Shown here: positions 27,601-42,600 of the stretch, one piece after another
Layout of the letters: every line of letters begins with the position of its first letter
Position numbering within the stretch: position 1 is the first letter of the stretch
NCBI GenBank assembly: GCA_964016885.1
Contig: OZ024766.1
Span: 15,128,001 to 15,192,000, forward strand
DNA: 64,000 bases
Direction: 5' to 3'
From: Eledone cirrhosa
Lineage: Eukaryota
Position numbers and translations under genes: made by a program
Notes under the pieces: generated by a model
The model's database searches: none
What the model was told of the DNA's origin: nothing
The model's input: only the letters and a program-made list of their open reading frames with translations

Positions 27601-30600
27601 TGGACACATCCCGGCTCCAATAAATTAGTCATCCCCATTTTTCCTCAACACATGATCCAGCATATCCTTTCATTTCTCTTCATAAATATTATTGACACTA
27701 TTTACATCAATCTCTGCAAAATATTGATTTCCTGCCTCTTTCATGGGGATATTTCACCGGACCATTCTCATTTCAAGTCTCCTCTGCTTTCTCTGTTGTT
27801 CCATCTTCATCAATCATGTCTCACTCTTAAAAATAATGTCACTTCTAACACATTTAGCATACATTTTTCCCTTCCATGTGATGTCTCAATATATTAAGTT
27901 AGAAACCAAGCTATACTACACCACTTACCTGTCTGGCAGTTTCTATCTTCATAACCAGCACCACACCTGTCTGACAGTTGCTACCTTCATAACCAGCACC
28001 ACACCTGTCTGACAGTTGCTACCTTCATAACCAGCACCACACCTGTCTGACAGTTGTTACCTTTATAACCAGCACCACACCTGTCTGACAGTTGCTACCT
28101 TCATAACCAGCACCACACCTGTCTGACAGTTGTTACCTTTATAACCAGCACCACACCTGTCTGACAGTTGTTACCTTCATAACCAGCACCACACCTGTCT
28201 GACAGTTGTTACCTTCATAACCAGCACCACACCTGTCTGACAGTTGCTACCTTCATAACCAGCACCACACCTGTCTGACAGTTGCTACCTTCATAACCAG
28301 CACCACACCTGTCTGACAGTTGTTACCTTCATAACCAGCACCACACCTGTCTGACAGTTGCTACCTTCATAACCAGCACCACACCTGTCTGACAGTTGCT
28401 ACCTTCATAACCAGCACCACACCTGTCTGACAGTTGTTACCTTCATAACCAGCACCACACCTGTCTGACAGTTGCTACCTTCATAACCAGCACCACACCT
28501 GTCTGACAGTTGCTATCTTCATAACCAGCACCACACCTGTCTGACAGCTGATACCTTTATAACAAGCACCACACCTCCACTACAACACACACCTGTCTGA
28601 CAGCTGATACCTTTATAACTAGCACCACACCTCCACTACAACACACACCTGTCTGACAGTTGATACCTTTATAACAAGCATCACACCTCCATTACAACAC
28701 CCACCTGTCTGACACCTGTCTGTTTCCATTACTCCTCTCACAGAGTCACTTTCATCCATCCTCAACACATGACCCAACCATCTCACACCATTTCTTTTCA
28801 CAACATTCATCAGTCGTCCTATCCCCATCATCCTTTTTAAATCATCTTTCAGCAGCCCTCAACTAATCCACTCGATCATTCTCATTTCCATTCTTTCCAT
28901 AATTATTTAAATCTTGTGACTTAAATATTTTTCATATTTCAAAATAATCAATTAAACTTTAAATTGATTTTAAAAAGGTTTTTTTTCTTTACTTTTTAAA
29001 ATATTTATTGAAGTGAAATATTAATTTCTAACATAATCACATGACTTGACATTTGAAGTGATGGGGTGGGGGCTTAAAGTAATACTACCTAGTATTTTAC
29101 TGGTACTTAATTAATCAACCCTGACAGTAGTGATGGATAAACCATTAAGCAAAATAATCACATGTTTAGGGTAACAAGGGAAAAGGGGTAAATTTTAATT
29201 AAATTAAACATATTTTTCATTCTGTCAACACCTTCCATCCAATTTTCTTCCAGAAGTTATTTATGAGGTGAGGGGTGGTGGGGGATGCACACCATCATCC
29301 TTAACCCTTTAGTATTTACATTACCCTATAAATACTATTATATTTTCACGGTAAGGGCTTTATCTCTCATAATTATCTCGCATAATATTGAATCTATGAG
29401 ATTTTGATATTATTTATTTTGAGAACAATACCTTGCTTTGCGGCACAGAGTTACTGCCCTTTGCGTTCTGAGTTCAAAACCCGCTGAGGTTTGCTTTGCC
29501 TTTCATCCTTACGGGGTCGATAAAATAAAGTACCAGTCACGCACTGGGGTCAATTAAATCGACTTTCCCCTGAAGTAAAAATTTCAATCTACACTTCGAC
29601 AATGCTGTTTATTTTAACCCTTTAGTATTTACATTACTCTGTATTTACTATTATATTTTCACAGTAAAGTCTTGTGGAGACACTGCACCCTTTAAAACCT
29701 CCATGCTTCCTGAGATTCGCCAACACTGCACCTAATATTCCCCCTCCATACACACGCACATATGTATATCATGACTCACACTATTCACTTCCCTGACATT
29801 TGTATAAAATAAAGTACCAGTAATGTACTGGGTAATTTGCTGGCCTTGTGCCAAATGTAAAAACAATAATATTGAATCTATGAAATGTTTATATTATTTA
29901 TTTAGAGAACAATACCTTCACATCGATATGCTAAAGGGTTAAACTTGTTAGGGCTTCAAAAGAACTTTATGAGACCCTGCACAGAAAAGTGAAAGACAAA
30001 GTCAACCATGGCAAGATTTGAACTCAGAATAGAATGGTGGTGGTGGTGGTGGTGGTAGTGGTGTAGTGGTGTTAGTGGCAGTGGTGGCTGGTGGTGGTGG
30101 TTGGTAGTGGTTGTGGAGGTGGTGGGGTTGTGGGTGAGGTGGTGGTGGTTGCAGTGGGAGTTGTGGTGGTTGATAGTGATGTTGGGTAGTGGTTGCGGTT
30201 GTGGTTGTGGTAGTGGTGGTAGTAGTGATGATGATGATAATAACAATGATGATATTTATGATGATGATAGTACACCACTTACCTGTCTGACAGTTGCCAC
30301 CTTCATATCCAGGAGCACATCCTCCATTAGAGCAGCTACCAGTCTGTGGCTTACATTTACTCTTGTCAGCACAATGACACATGTTTTGACAGTTTGGTCC
30401 AAATTTTCCTCTCTTACATCCTACAAATCAATCAATAACAAATATATATTTTGGTGTGTATTTGTGTGGCCTTGTGGTAAGGGTGTTGGACTTACAATCA
30501 TAATGTCGTGAGTTCTATTCCTCAACTAGGTTGTGTGTTGTGTTCTTGAGCAAAAGTATTTCCATTCATGTTGCTCCAGTATAATAATAATTGTTTCTAC

Positions 30601-33600
30601 TTTTGACACAAGGCCAGCAATTACCCAGTACATTACTGGTACTTTATTTTATCGACCCCGTAAGGATGAAAGGCAAAGTTAACCTTGGTGGGATTTGAAC
30701 TCAGATCATAAAGGGACGTAACTCTATGCTTCAAAGCATGGCGTCCGACTCTCTACCAATACTGACAATCCACCGCTCCAGTATAATAATAATAATAGTG
30801 AAATTATTGTGTACAGTGCTCAGGTGCACTATAACTCATCAAAGGTGCATGTAAAGCACATAGAATAATGAACAAATGTCAGGAAAATGAACAGTGTATG
30901 AGTCATGATAAACATATGTACGTGTGTATGGAGGAGGGATATCAGGTGTAGTGTTGGCGAATTTCAGGAAGCTTGGAGATCAGTGCCAGTAATAGCTGGT
31001 GATTTAACCTTGGGATGGACTGGTGCCCTGTCCAGGGGAAGTTTTGTATTTTAAGTCACTTCATGCCATAGATAGCACTGGCCTGATGACCCTCAGCACT
31101 CGAGACACACTTTAGACATTTTTTGTTTTTGTATATTCAACAGCCCAGTCCTTCTAACTGTCGGTAGGTATCACACTGAGCAGAGTCCACTGTATTCCCC
31201 ACACCTGGACAGGATGCTAGTCCATTGCATGGTATTTCACTGCTATATTATTCTATCTACTCCAAAAGTATGACAGAAAAAGTTGATTTTGGTGGGATTT
31301 GAATACCGTTTTAAAAAAGAACTCAAAATCACAACCCATTAAAACCTTTAGAATTAAAACCGGTTATATCCGGCCAGAATTCTCACACTTCTTTCTGTTC
31401 AAACCAGCCATAACTGGCTGCTCATACTTATGTTAAGGTATTGTTCTCAAAATAGATATTATCAAAATCTCATAGATTTGATATTATGTGAGATAATTAT
31501 ATGAGATAAAGCCTTTACTGTGAAAATATAATAGTGTATATGAAGTAGTGTAAATACTAAAGGGTTAATCTGTAACTCTACTGCCCCTGCTACTCACATC
31601 TTCCTCATGATCAACATTTAACATTCACTTCCCCTGTAACCAAGAGTGGGATGTGTTAACAGAGACCGACTCAGAACTTAATCGGAGCTACTGACCTCTC
31701 AGATGTTACTGATACATTTCATCATGACTGAAGAGGACATTCATCCATTTGTCTGGTAGATTCTCTAAAGAAATAGAACTACAAAAGAGCACACACGTGT
31801 CTGACAGGTGCTACCTTATAACCAGGACCACACCATCTACTGTAACACACCTGTCTGATAGGTGATACCTTATAACCAGGACCACACCATCTACTGTAAC
31901 ACACCTGTCTGACAGGTGCTACCTTATAACCAGGACCACACCATCTACTGTAACACACCTGTCTGATAGATGATACCTTATAACCAGGACCACACCATCT
32001 ACTGGAACACACCTGTCTGACAGGTGCTACCTTATAACCAGGACCACACCATCTACTGTAACACACCTGTCTGATAGATGATACCTTATAACCAGGACCA
32101 CACCATCTACTGTAACACACATGTCTGACAGGTGCTACCTTATAACCAGGACCACATCATCTACTGTAACACACCTGTCTGATAGATGATACCTTATAAA
32201 CAGGACCACACCATCTACTGTAACACACCTGTCTGACAGGTGCTACCTTATAACCAGGATCACACCATCTACTGTAACACACCTGTCTGACAGCTGCTAC
32301 CATATAACCAGTACCACACCATCTACTGGAACACACGTGTCTGACAGGTGCTACCTTATAACCAGGACCACACCATCTACTGTAACACACCTGTCTGACA
32401 GCTGCTACCTTATAACCAGGACCACACCATCTACTGGAACACACCTGTCTGACAGGTGCTACCTTATAACCAGGACCACACCATCTACTGTAACACACCT
32501 GTCTGATAGATGATACCTTATAACCAGTACCACACCATCTACTGGAACACACCTGTCTGACAGGTGCTACCTTATAACCAGGACCACACCATCTACTGTA
32601 ACACACCTGTCTGATAGATGATACCTTATAACCAGGACCACACCATCTACTGTAACACACCTGTCTGATAGATGATACCTTATAACCAGGACCACACCAT
32701 CTACTGTAACACACCTGTCTGACAGGTGCTACCTTATAACCAGGACCACACCATCTACTGTAACACACCTGTCTGACAGGTGCTACCTTATAACCAGGAC
32801 CACACCTTCTACTGTAACACACCTGTCTGACAGGTGCTACCTTATAACCAGGACCACACCATCTACTGTAACACACCTGTCTGACAGGTGCTACCTTATA
32901 ACCAGGACCAGACCTTCTACTGTAACACACCTGTCTGACAGGTGCTACCTTATAACCAGGACCACACCATCTACTGTAACACACCTGTCTGACAGGTGCT
33001 ACCTTATAACCAGGACCACACCATCTACTGTAACACACATGTCTGATAGCTGCTACCTTATAACCAGGACCACACCATCTACTGTAACACACCTGTCTGA
33101 CAGCTGCTACCATATAACCAGGACCACACCATCTACTGTAACACACCTGTCTGATAGATGATACCTTATAACCAGGACCACACCATCTACTGTAACACAC
33201 ATGTCTGACAGGTGCTACCTTATAACCAGGACCACACCTTCTACTGTAACACACCTGTCTGACAGGTGCTACCTTATAACCAGGACCACACCATCTACTG
33301 TAACACACCTATCTGACAGGTGCTACCTTATAACCAGGACCACACCTTCTACTGTAACACACCTGTCTGACAGGTGCTACCTTATAACCAGGACCACACC
33401 ATCTTCTGTAACACACCTGTCTGACAGCTGCTACCATATAACCAGGACCACACCATCTACTGTAACACACCTGTCTGATAGCTCCTACCTTATAACCAGG
33501 ACCACACTATCTACTGTAACACACTTGTCTGACAGGTGCTACCTTATAACCAGGACCACACCATCTACTGTAACACACCTGTCTGATAGATGATACCTTA

Positions 33601-36600
33601 TAACCAGGACCACACCATCTACTGGAACACACCTGTCTGACAGGTGCTACCTTATAACCAGGACCACATCATCTACTGTAACACACCTGTCTGATAGATG
33701 ATACCTTATAAACAGGACCACACCATCTACTGTAACACACCTGTCTGACAGGTGCTACCTTATAACCAGGATCACACCATCTACTGTAACACACCTGTCT
33801 GACAGCTGCTACCATATAACCAGTACCACACCATCTACTGGAACACACGTGTCTGACAGGTGCTACCTTATAACCAGGACCACACCATCTACTGTAACAC
33901 ACCTGTCTGACAGCTGCTACCTTATAACCAGGACCACACCATCTACTGGAACACACCTGTCTGACAGGTGCTACCTTATAACCAGGACCACACCATCTAC
34001 TGTAACACACCTGTCTGATAGATGATACCTTATAACCAGGACCACACCATCTACTGGAACACACATGTCTGATAGCTGCTACCATATAACTAGGACCACA
34101 CAATCTACTGTAACACACCTGTCTGATAGATGATACCTTATAACCAGGACGACACCATCTACTGTAACACACCTGTCTGACAGGTGCTACCTTATAACCA
34201 GGACCACACCATCTACTGTAACACACCTGTCTGACAGGTGCTACCTTATAACCAGGACCACACCATCTACTGTAACACACCTGTCTGACAGGTACTAACT
34301 TATAACCAGGACCACACCATCTACTGTAACACACATGTCTGATTGCTGCTACCTTATAAACAGGACCACACCATCTACTGTAACACACCTGTCTGACAGC
34401 TGCTACCATATAACCAGGACCACACCATCTACTGTAACACACCTGTCTGATAGATGATACCTTATAACCAGGACCACACCATCTACTGTAACACACCTGT
34501 CTGACAGGTGCTACCTTATAACCAGGACCACACCTTCTACTGTAACACACCTGTCTGACAGGTGCTACCTTATAACCAGGACCACACCATCTACCGTAAC
34601 ACACCTATCTGACAGGTGCTACCTTATAACCAGGACCACACCTTCTACTGTAACACACCTGTCTGACAGGTGCTACCTTATAACCAGGACCACACCATCT
34701 TCTGTAACACACCTGTCTGACAGCTGCTACCATATAACCAGGACCACACCATCTACTGTAACACACCTGTCTGATAGCTCCTACCTTATAACCAGGACCA
34801 CACTATCTACTGTAACACACTTGTCTGACAGGTGCTACCTTATAACCAGGACCACACCATCTACTGTAACACACCTGTCTGATAGATGATACCTTATAAC
34901 CAGGACCACACCATCTACTGTAACACACATGTCTGACAGGTGCTACCTTATAACCAGGACCACATCATCTACTGTAACACACCTGTCTGATAGATGATAC
35001 CTTATAAACAGGACCACACCATCTACTGTAACACACCTGTCTGACAGCTGCTACCTTATAACCAGGACCACACCATCTACTGTAACACACCTATCTGACA
35101 GGTGCTACCTTATAACCAGGACCACACCTTCTACTGTAACACACCTGTCTGACAGGTGCTACCTTATAACCAGGACCACACCATCTTCTGTAACACACCT
35201 GTCTGACAGCTGCTACCATATAACCAGGACCACACCATCTACTGTAACACACCTGTCTGATAGCTCCTACCTTATAACCAGGACCACACTATCTACTGTA
35301 ACACACTTGTCTGACAGGTGCTACCTTATAACCAGGACCACACCATCTACTGTAACACACCTGTCTGATAGATGATACATTATAACCAGGACCACACCAT
35401 CTACTGGAACACACCTGTCTGACAGGTGCTACCTTATAACCAGGACCACACCATCTACTGTAACACACCTGTCTGATAGATGATACCTTATAACCAGGAC
35501 CACACCATCTACTGTAACACACATGTCTGACAGGTGCTACCTTATAACCAGGACCACATCATCTACTGTAACACACCTGTCTGATAGATGATACCTTATA
35601 AACAGGACCACACCATCTACTGTAACACACCTGTCTGACAGGTGCTACCTTATAACCAGGATCACACCATCTACTGTAACACACCTGTCTGACAGCTGCT
35701 ACCATATAACCAGTACCACACCATCTACTGGAACACACGTGTCTGACAGGTGCTACCTTATAACCAGGACCACACCATCTACTGTAACACACCTGTCTGA
35801 CAGCTGCTACCTTATAACCAGGACCACACCATCTACTGGAACACACCTGTCTGAGAAGGTGCTACCTTATAACCAGGACCACACCATCTACTGTAACACA
35901 CCTGTCTGATAGATGATACCTTATAACCAGGACCACACCATCTACTGGAACACACCTGTCTGACAGGTGCTACCACATAACCAGGACCACACCATCTACT
36001 GTAACACACCTGTCTGATAGATGATACCTTATAACCAGGACCACACCATCTACTGTAACACACCTGTCTGACAGGTGCTACCTTATAACCAGGACCACAC
36101 CATCTACTGTAACACACCTGTCTGACAGGTGCTACCTTATAACCAGGACCACACCTTCTACTGTAACACACCTGTCTGACAGGTGCTACCTTATAACCAG
36201 GACCACACCATCTACTGTAACACACCTGTCTGACAGGTGCTACCTTATAACCAGGACCACACCTTCTACTGTAACACACCTGTCTGACAGGTGCTACCTT
36301 ATAACCAGGACCACACCATCTACTGTAACACACCTGTCTGACAGGTGCTACCTTATAACCAGGACCACACCATCTACTGTAACACACATGTCTGATAGCT
36401 GCTACCTTATAACCAGGACCACACAATCTACTGTAACACACCTGTCTGACAGCTGCTACCATATAAACAGGACCACACCATCTACTGTAACACACCTGTC
36501 TGATAGATGATACCTTATAACCAGGACCACACCATCTACTGTAACACACCTGTCTGACAGGTGCTACCTTATAACCAGGACCACACCTTCTACTGTAACA

Positions 36601-39600
36601 CACCTGTCTGACAGGTGCTACCTTATAACCAGGACCACACCATCTACTGTAACACACCTATCTGACAGGTGCTACCTTATAACCAGGACCACACCTTCTA
36701 CTGTAACACACCTGTCTGACAGGTGCTACCTTATAACCAGGACCACACCATCTTCTGTAACACACCTGTCTGACAGCTGCTACCATATAACCAGGACCAC
36801 ACCATCTACTGTAACACACCTGTCTGATAGCTCCTACCTTATAACCAGGACCACACTATCTACTGTAACACACTTGTCTGACAGGTGCTACCTTATAACC
36901 AGGACCACACCATCTACTGTAACACACCTGTCTGATAGATGATACCTTATAACCAGGACCACACCATCTACTGGAACACACCTGTCTGACAGGTGCTACC
37001 TTATAACCAGGACCACATCATCTACTGTAACACACCTGTCTGATAGATGATACCTTATAAACAGGACCACACCATCTACTGTAACACACCTGTCTGACAG
37101 GTGCTACCTTATAACCAGGATCACACCATCTACTGTAACACACCTGTCTGACAGCTGCTACCATATAACCAGTACCACACCATCTACTGGAACACACGTG
37201 TCTGACAGGTGCTACCTTATAACCAGGACCACACCATCTACTGTAACACACCTGTCTGACAGCTGCTACCTTATAACCAGGACCACACCATCTACTGGAA
37301 CACACCTGTCTGACAGGTGCTACCTTATAACCAGGACCACACCATCTACTGTAACACACCTGTCTGATAGATGATACCTTATAACCAGGACCACACCATC
37401 TACTGTAACACACATGTCTGATAGCTGCTACCATATAACCAGGACCACACAATCTACTGTAACACACCTGTCTGATAGATGATACCTTATAACCAGGACG
37501 ACACCATCTACTGTAACACACCTGTCTGACAGGTGCTACCTTATAACCAGGACCACACCATCTACTGTAACACACCTGTCTGACAGGTGCTACCTTATAA
37601 CCAGGACCACACCATCTACTGTAACACACCTGTCTGACAGGTGCTACCTTATAACCAGGACCACACCATCTACTGTAACACACATGTCTGATAGCTGCTA
37701 CCTTATAACCAGGACCACACCATCTACTGTAACACACCTGTCTGACAGCTGCTACCATATAACCAGGACCACACCATCTACTGTAACACACCTGTCTGAT
37801 AGATGATACCTTATAACCAGGACCACACCATCTACTGTAACACACCTGTCTGACAGGTGCTACCTTATAACCAGGACCACACCTTCTACTGTAACACACC
37901 TGTCTGACAGGTGCTACCTTATAACCAGGACCACACCATCTACTGTAACACACCTATCTGACAGGTGCTACCTTATAACCAGGACCACACCTTCTACTGT
38001 AACACACCTGTCTGACAGGTGCTACCTTATAACCAGGACCACACCATCTTCTGTAACACACCTGTCTGACAGCTGCTACCATATAACCAGGACCACACCA
38101 TCTACTGTAACACACCTGTCTGATAGCTCCTACCTTATAACCAGGACCACACTATCTACTGTAACACACTTGTCTGACAGGTGCTACCTTATAACCAGGA
38201 CCACACCATCTACTGTAACACACCTGTCTGATAGATGATACCTTATAACCAGGACCACACCATCTACTGGAACACACCTGTCTGACAGGTGCTACCTTAT
38301 AACCAGGACCACACCATCTACTGTAACACACCTGTCTGATAGATGATACCTTATAACCAGGACCACACCATCTACTGTAACACACATGTCTGACAGGTGC
38401 TACCTTATAACCAGGACCACATCATCTACTGTAACACACCTGTCTGATAGATGATACCTTATAAACAGGACCACACCATCTACTGTAACACACCTGTCTG
38501 ACAGCTGCTACCTTATAACCAGGACCACACCATCTACTGTAACACACCTATCTGACAGGTGCTACCTTATAACCAGGACCACACCTTCTACTGTAACACA
38601 CCTGTCTGACAGGTGCTACCTTATAACCAGGACCACACCATCTTCTGTAACACACCTGTCTGACAGCTGCTACCATATAACCAGGACCACACCATCTACT
38701 GTAACACACCTGTCTGATAGCTCCTACCTTATAACCAGGACCACACTATCTACTGTAACACACTTGTCTGACAGGTGCTACCTTATAACCAGGACCACAC
38801 CATCTACTGTAACACACCTGTCTGATAGATGATACCTTATAACCAGGACCACACCATCTACTGGAACACACCTGTCTGACAGGTGCTACCTTATAACCAG
38901 GACCACACCATCTACTGTAACACACCTGTCTGATAGATGATACCTTATAACCAGGACCACACCATCTACTGTAACACACATGTCTGACAGGTGCTACCTT
39001 ATAACCAGGACCACATCATCTACTGTAACACACCTGTCTGATAGATGATACCTTATAAACAGGACCACACCATCTACTGTAACACACCTGTCTGACAGGT
39101 GCTACCTTATAACCAGGATCACACCATCTACTGTAACACACCTGTCTGACAGCTGCTACCATATAACCAGTACCACACCATCTACTGGAACACACGTGTC
39201 TGACAGGTGCTACCTTATAACCAGGACCACACCATCTACTGTAACACACCTGTCTGACAGCTGCTACCTTATAACCCGGACCACACCATCTACTGGAACA
39301 CACCTGTCTGAGAAGGTGCTACCTTATAACCAGGACCACACCATCTACTGTAACACACCTGTCTGATAGATGATACCTTATAACCAGGACCACACCATCT
39401 ACTGGAACACACCTGTCTGACAGGTGCTACCTTATAACCAGGACCACACCATCTACTGTAACACACCTGTCTGATAGATGATACCTTATAACCAGGACCA
39501 CACCATCTACTGTAACACACATGTCTGATAGCTGCTACCATATAACCAGGACCACACCATCTACTGTAACACACCTGTCTGATAGATGATACCTTATAAC

Positions 39601-42600
39601 CAGGACCACACCATCTACTGTAACACACCTGTCTGACAGGTGCTACCTTATAACCAGGACCACACCATCTACTCTAACACACCTGTCTGACAGGTGCTAC
39701 CTTATAACCAGGACCACACCTTCTACTGTAACACACCTGTCTGACAGGTGCTACCTTATAACCAGGACGACACCATCTACTGTAACACACCTGTCTGACA
39801 GGTGCTACCTTATAACCAGGACCACACCTTCTACTGTAACACACCTGTCTGACAGGTGCTACCTTATAACCAGGACCACACCATCTACTGTAACACACCT
39901 GTCTGACAGGTGCTACCTTATAACCAGGACCACACCATCTACTGTAACACACATGTCTGATAGCTGCTACCTTATAACCAGGACCACACCATCTACTGTA
40001 ACACACCTGTCTGACAGCTGCTACCATATAAACAGGACCACACCATCTACTGTAACACACTTGTCTGATAGATGATACCTTATAACCAGGACCACACCAT
40101 CTACTGTAACACACCTGTCTGACAGGTGCTACCTTATAACCAGGACCACACCTTCTACTGTAACACACCTGTCTGACAGGTGCTACCTTATAACCAGGAC
40201 CACACCATCTACTGTAACACACCTATCTGACAGGTGCTACCTTATAACCAGGACCACACCTTCTACTGTAACACACCTGTCTGACAGGTGCTACCTTATA
40301 ACCAGGACCACACCATCTTCTGTAACACACCTGTCTGACAGCTGCTACCATATAACCAGGACCACACCATCTACTGTAACACACCTGTCTGATAGCTCCT
40401 ACCTTATAACCAGGACCACACTATCTACTGTAACACACTTGTCTGACAGGTGCTACCTTATAACCAGGACCACACCATCTACTGTAACACACCTGTCTGA
40501 TAGATGATACCTTATAACCAGGACCACACCATCTACTGGAACACACCTGTCTGACAGGTGCTACCTTATAACCAGGACCACACCATCTACTGTAACACAC
40601 CTGTCTGATAGATGATACCTTATAACCAGGACCACACCATCTACTGTAACACACATGTCTGACAGGTGCTACCTTATAACCAGGACCACATCATCTACTG
40701 TAACACACCTGTCTGATAGATGATACCTTATAAACAGGACCACACCATCTACTATTACACACCTGTCTGACAGGTGCTACCTTATAACCAGGATCACACC
40801 ATCTACTGTAACACACCTGTCTGACAGCTGCTACCATATAACCAGTACCACACCATCTACTGGAACACACGTGTCTGACAGGTGCTACCTTATAACCAGG
40901 ACCACACCATCTACTGTAACACACCTGTCTGACAGCTGCTACCTTATAACCAGGACCACACCATCTACTGGAACACACCTGTCTGACAGGTGCTACCTTA
41001 TAACCAGGACCACACCATCTACTGTAACACACCTGTCTGATAGATGATACCTTATAACCAGGACCACACCATCTACTGGAACACACCTGTCTGACAGGTG
41101 CTACCTTATAACCAGGACCACACCATCTACTGTAACACACCTGTCTGATAGCTGCTACCATATAACCAGGACCACACCATCTACTGTAACACACCTGTCT
41201 GATAGATGATACCTTATAACCAGGACCACACCATCTACTGTAACACACCTGTCTGACAGGTGCTACCTTATAACCAGGACCACACCATCTACTGTAACAC
41301 ACCTGTCTGACAGCTGCTACCATATAACCAGGACCACACCATCTACTGTAACACACCTGTCTGACAGCTGCTACCTTATAACCAGGACCACACCATCTAC
41401 TGTAACACACCTGTCTGACAGCTCCTACCTTATAACCAGGACCACACTATCTACTGTAACACACTTGTCTGATAGCTGCTACCTTATAACCAGGATCACA
41501 CCATCTACTGTAACACACTTGTCTGATAGCTGCTACCTTATAACCAGGACCACACCATCTACTGTAACACACCAGTCTGACAGGTGCTACCTTATAACCA
41601 GGACCACACCATCTACTGTAACACACCTGTCTGATAGATGATACCTTATAACCAGGACCACACCATCTACTGTAACACACCTGTCTGATAGATGATACCT
41701 TATAACCAGGACCACACCATCTACTGTAACACACCTGTCTGATAGATGATACCCTATAACCAGGACCACACCATCTACTGTAACACACCTGTCTGACAGG
41801 TGCTACCTTATAACCAGGACCACACCATCTACTGTAACACACCTGTCTGATAGATGATACCTTATAACCAGGACCACACCATCTACTGGAACACACCTGT
41901 CTCACAGGTGCTACCTTATAACCAGGACCACACCATCTACTGTAACACACCTGTCTGACAGGTGCTACCTTATAACCAGGACCACACCATCTACTGTAAC
42001 ACACCTGTCTGACAGGTGCTACCTTATAACCAGGATCACACCATCTACTGTAACACACCTGTCTGACAGGTGCTACCTTATAACCAGGACCACACCATCT
42101 ACTGTAACACACCTGTCTGATAGATGATACCTTATAACCAGGACCACACCATCTACTGTAACACACCTGTCTGACAGCTGCTACCTTATAACCAGGACCA
42201 CACCATCTACTGTAACACACCTGTCTGATAGATGATACCTTATAACCAGGAACACACCTTCCACTGGAACACACACCTGTCTCTGTCTTACACCTGTCTC
42301 TGTGTTACACCTACTATCATCTTGACTAAATATATTAAGTAACAAACAAAGCTTACCTGTCTGACAGTTGCTACTTTCATAACCAGCAGTACATCCTCCT
42401 CTAGAACACACACCTGTCTGTTTGTTACATTTACTGTTGTCAGCACAGTAACATGTGTTGCCACAGTTGGCTCCAAATTTTCCATTTCTACAGACTGTGG
42501 AAATAAAAATATGAGAACAATGACAATAACAACAACATATAACACTATACAAGATAATGCTTCTGATTTAGGCACAAGGCCAGCAATTTTAGGGGAGGAG

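Noticed and set aside
31779-42274. Cys-rich ORFs ([18 protein letters not shown])n as a metallothionein- or keratin-associated-like protein
   Set aside because: Broken by recurrent stops and two +1 insertions; the unit is an out-of-register derivative of the EGF exon with no acceptor or start context
21181-42280. CRISPR-like arrays
   Set aside because: Head-to-tail repeats with no unique spacers, no cas genes, eukaryotic context
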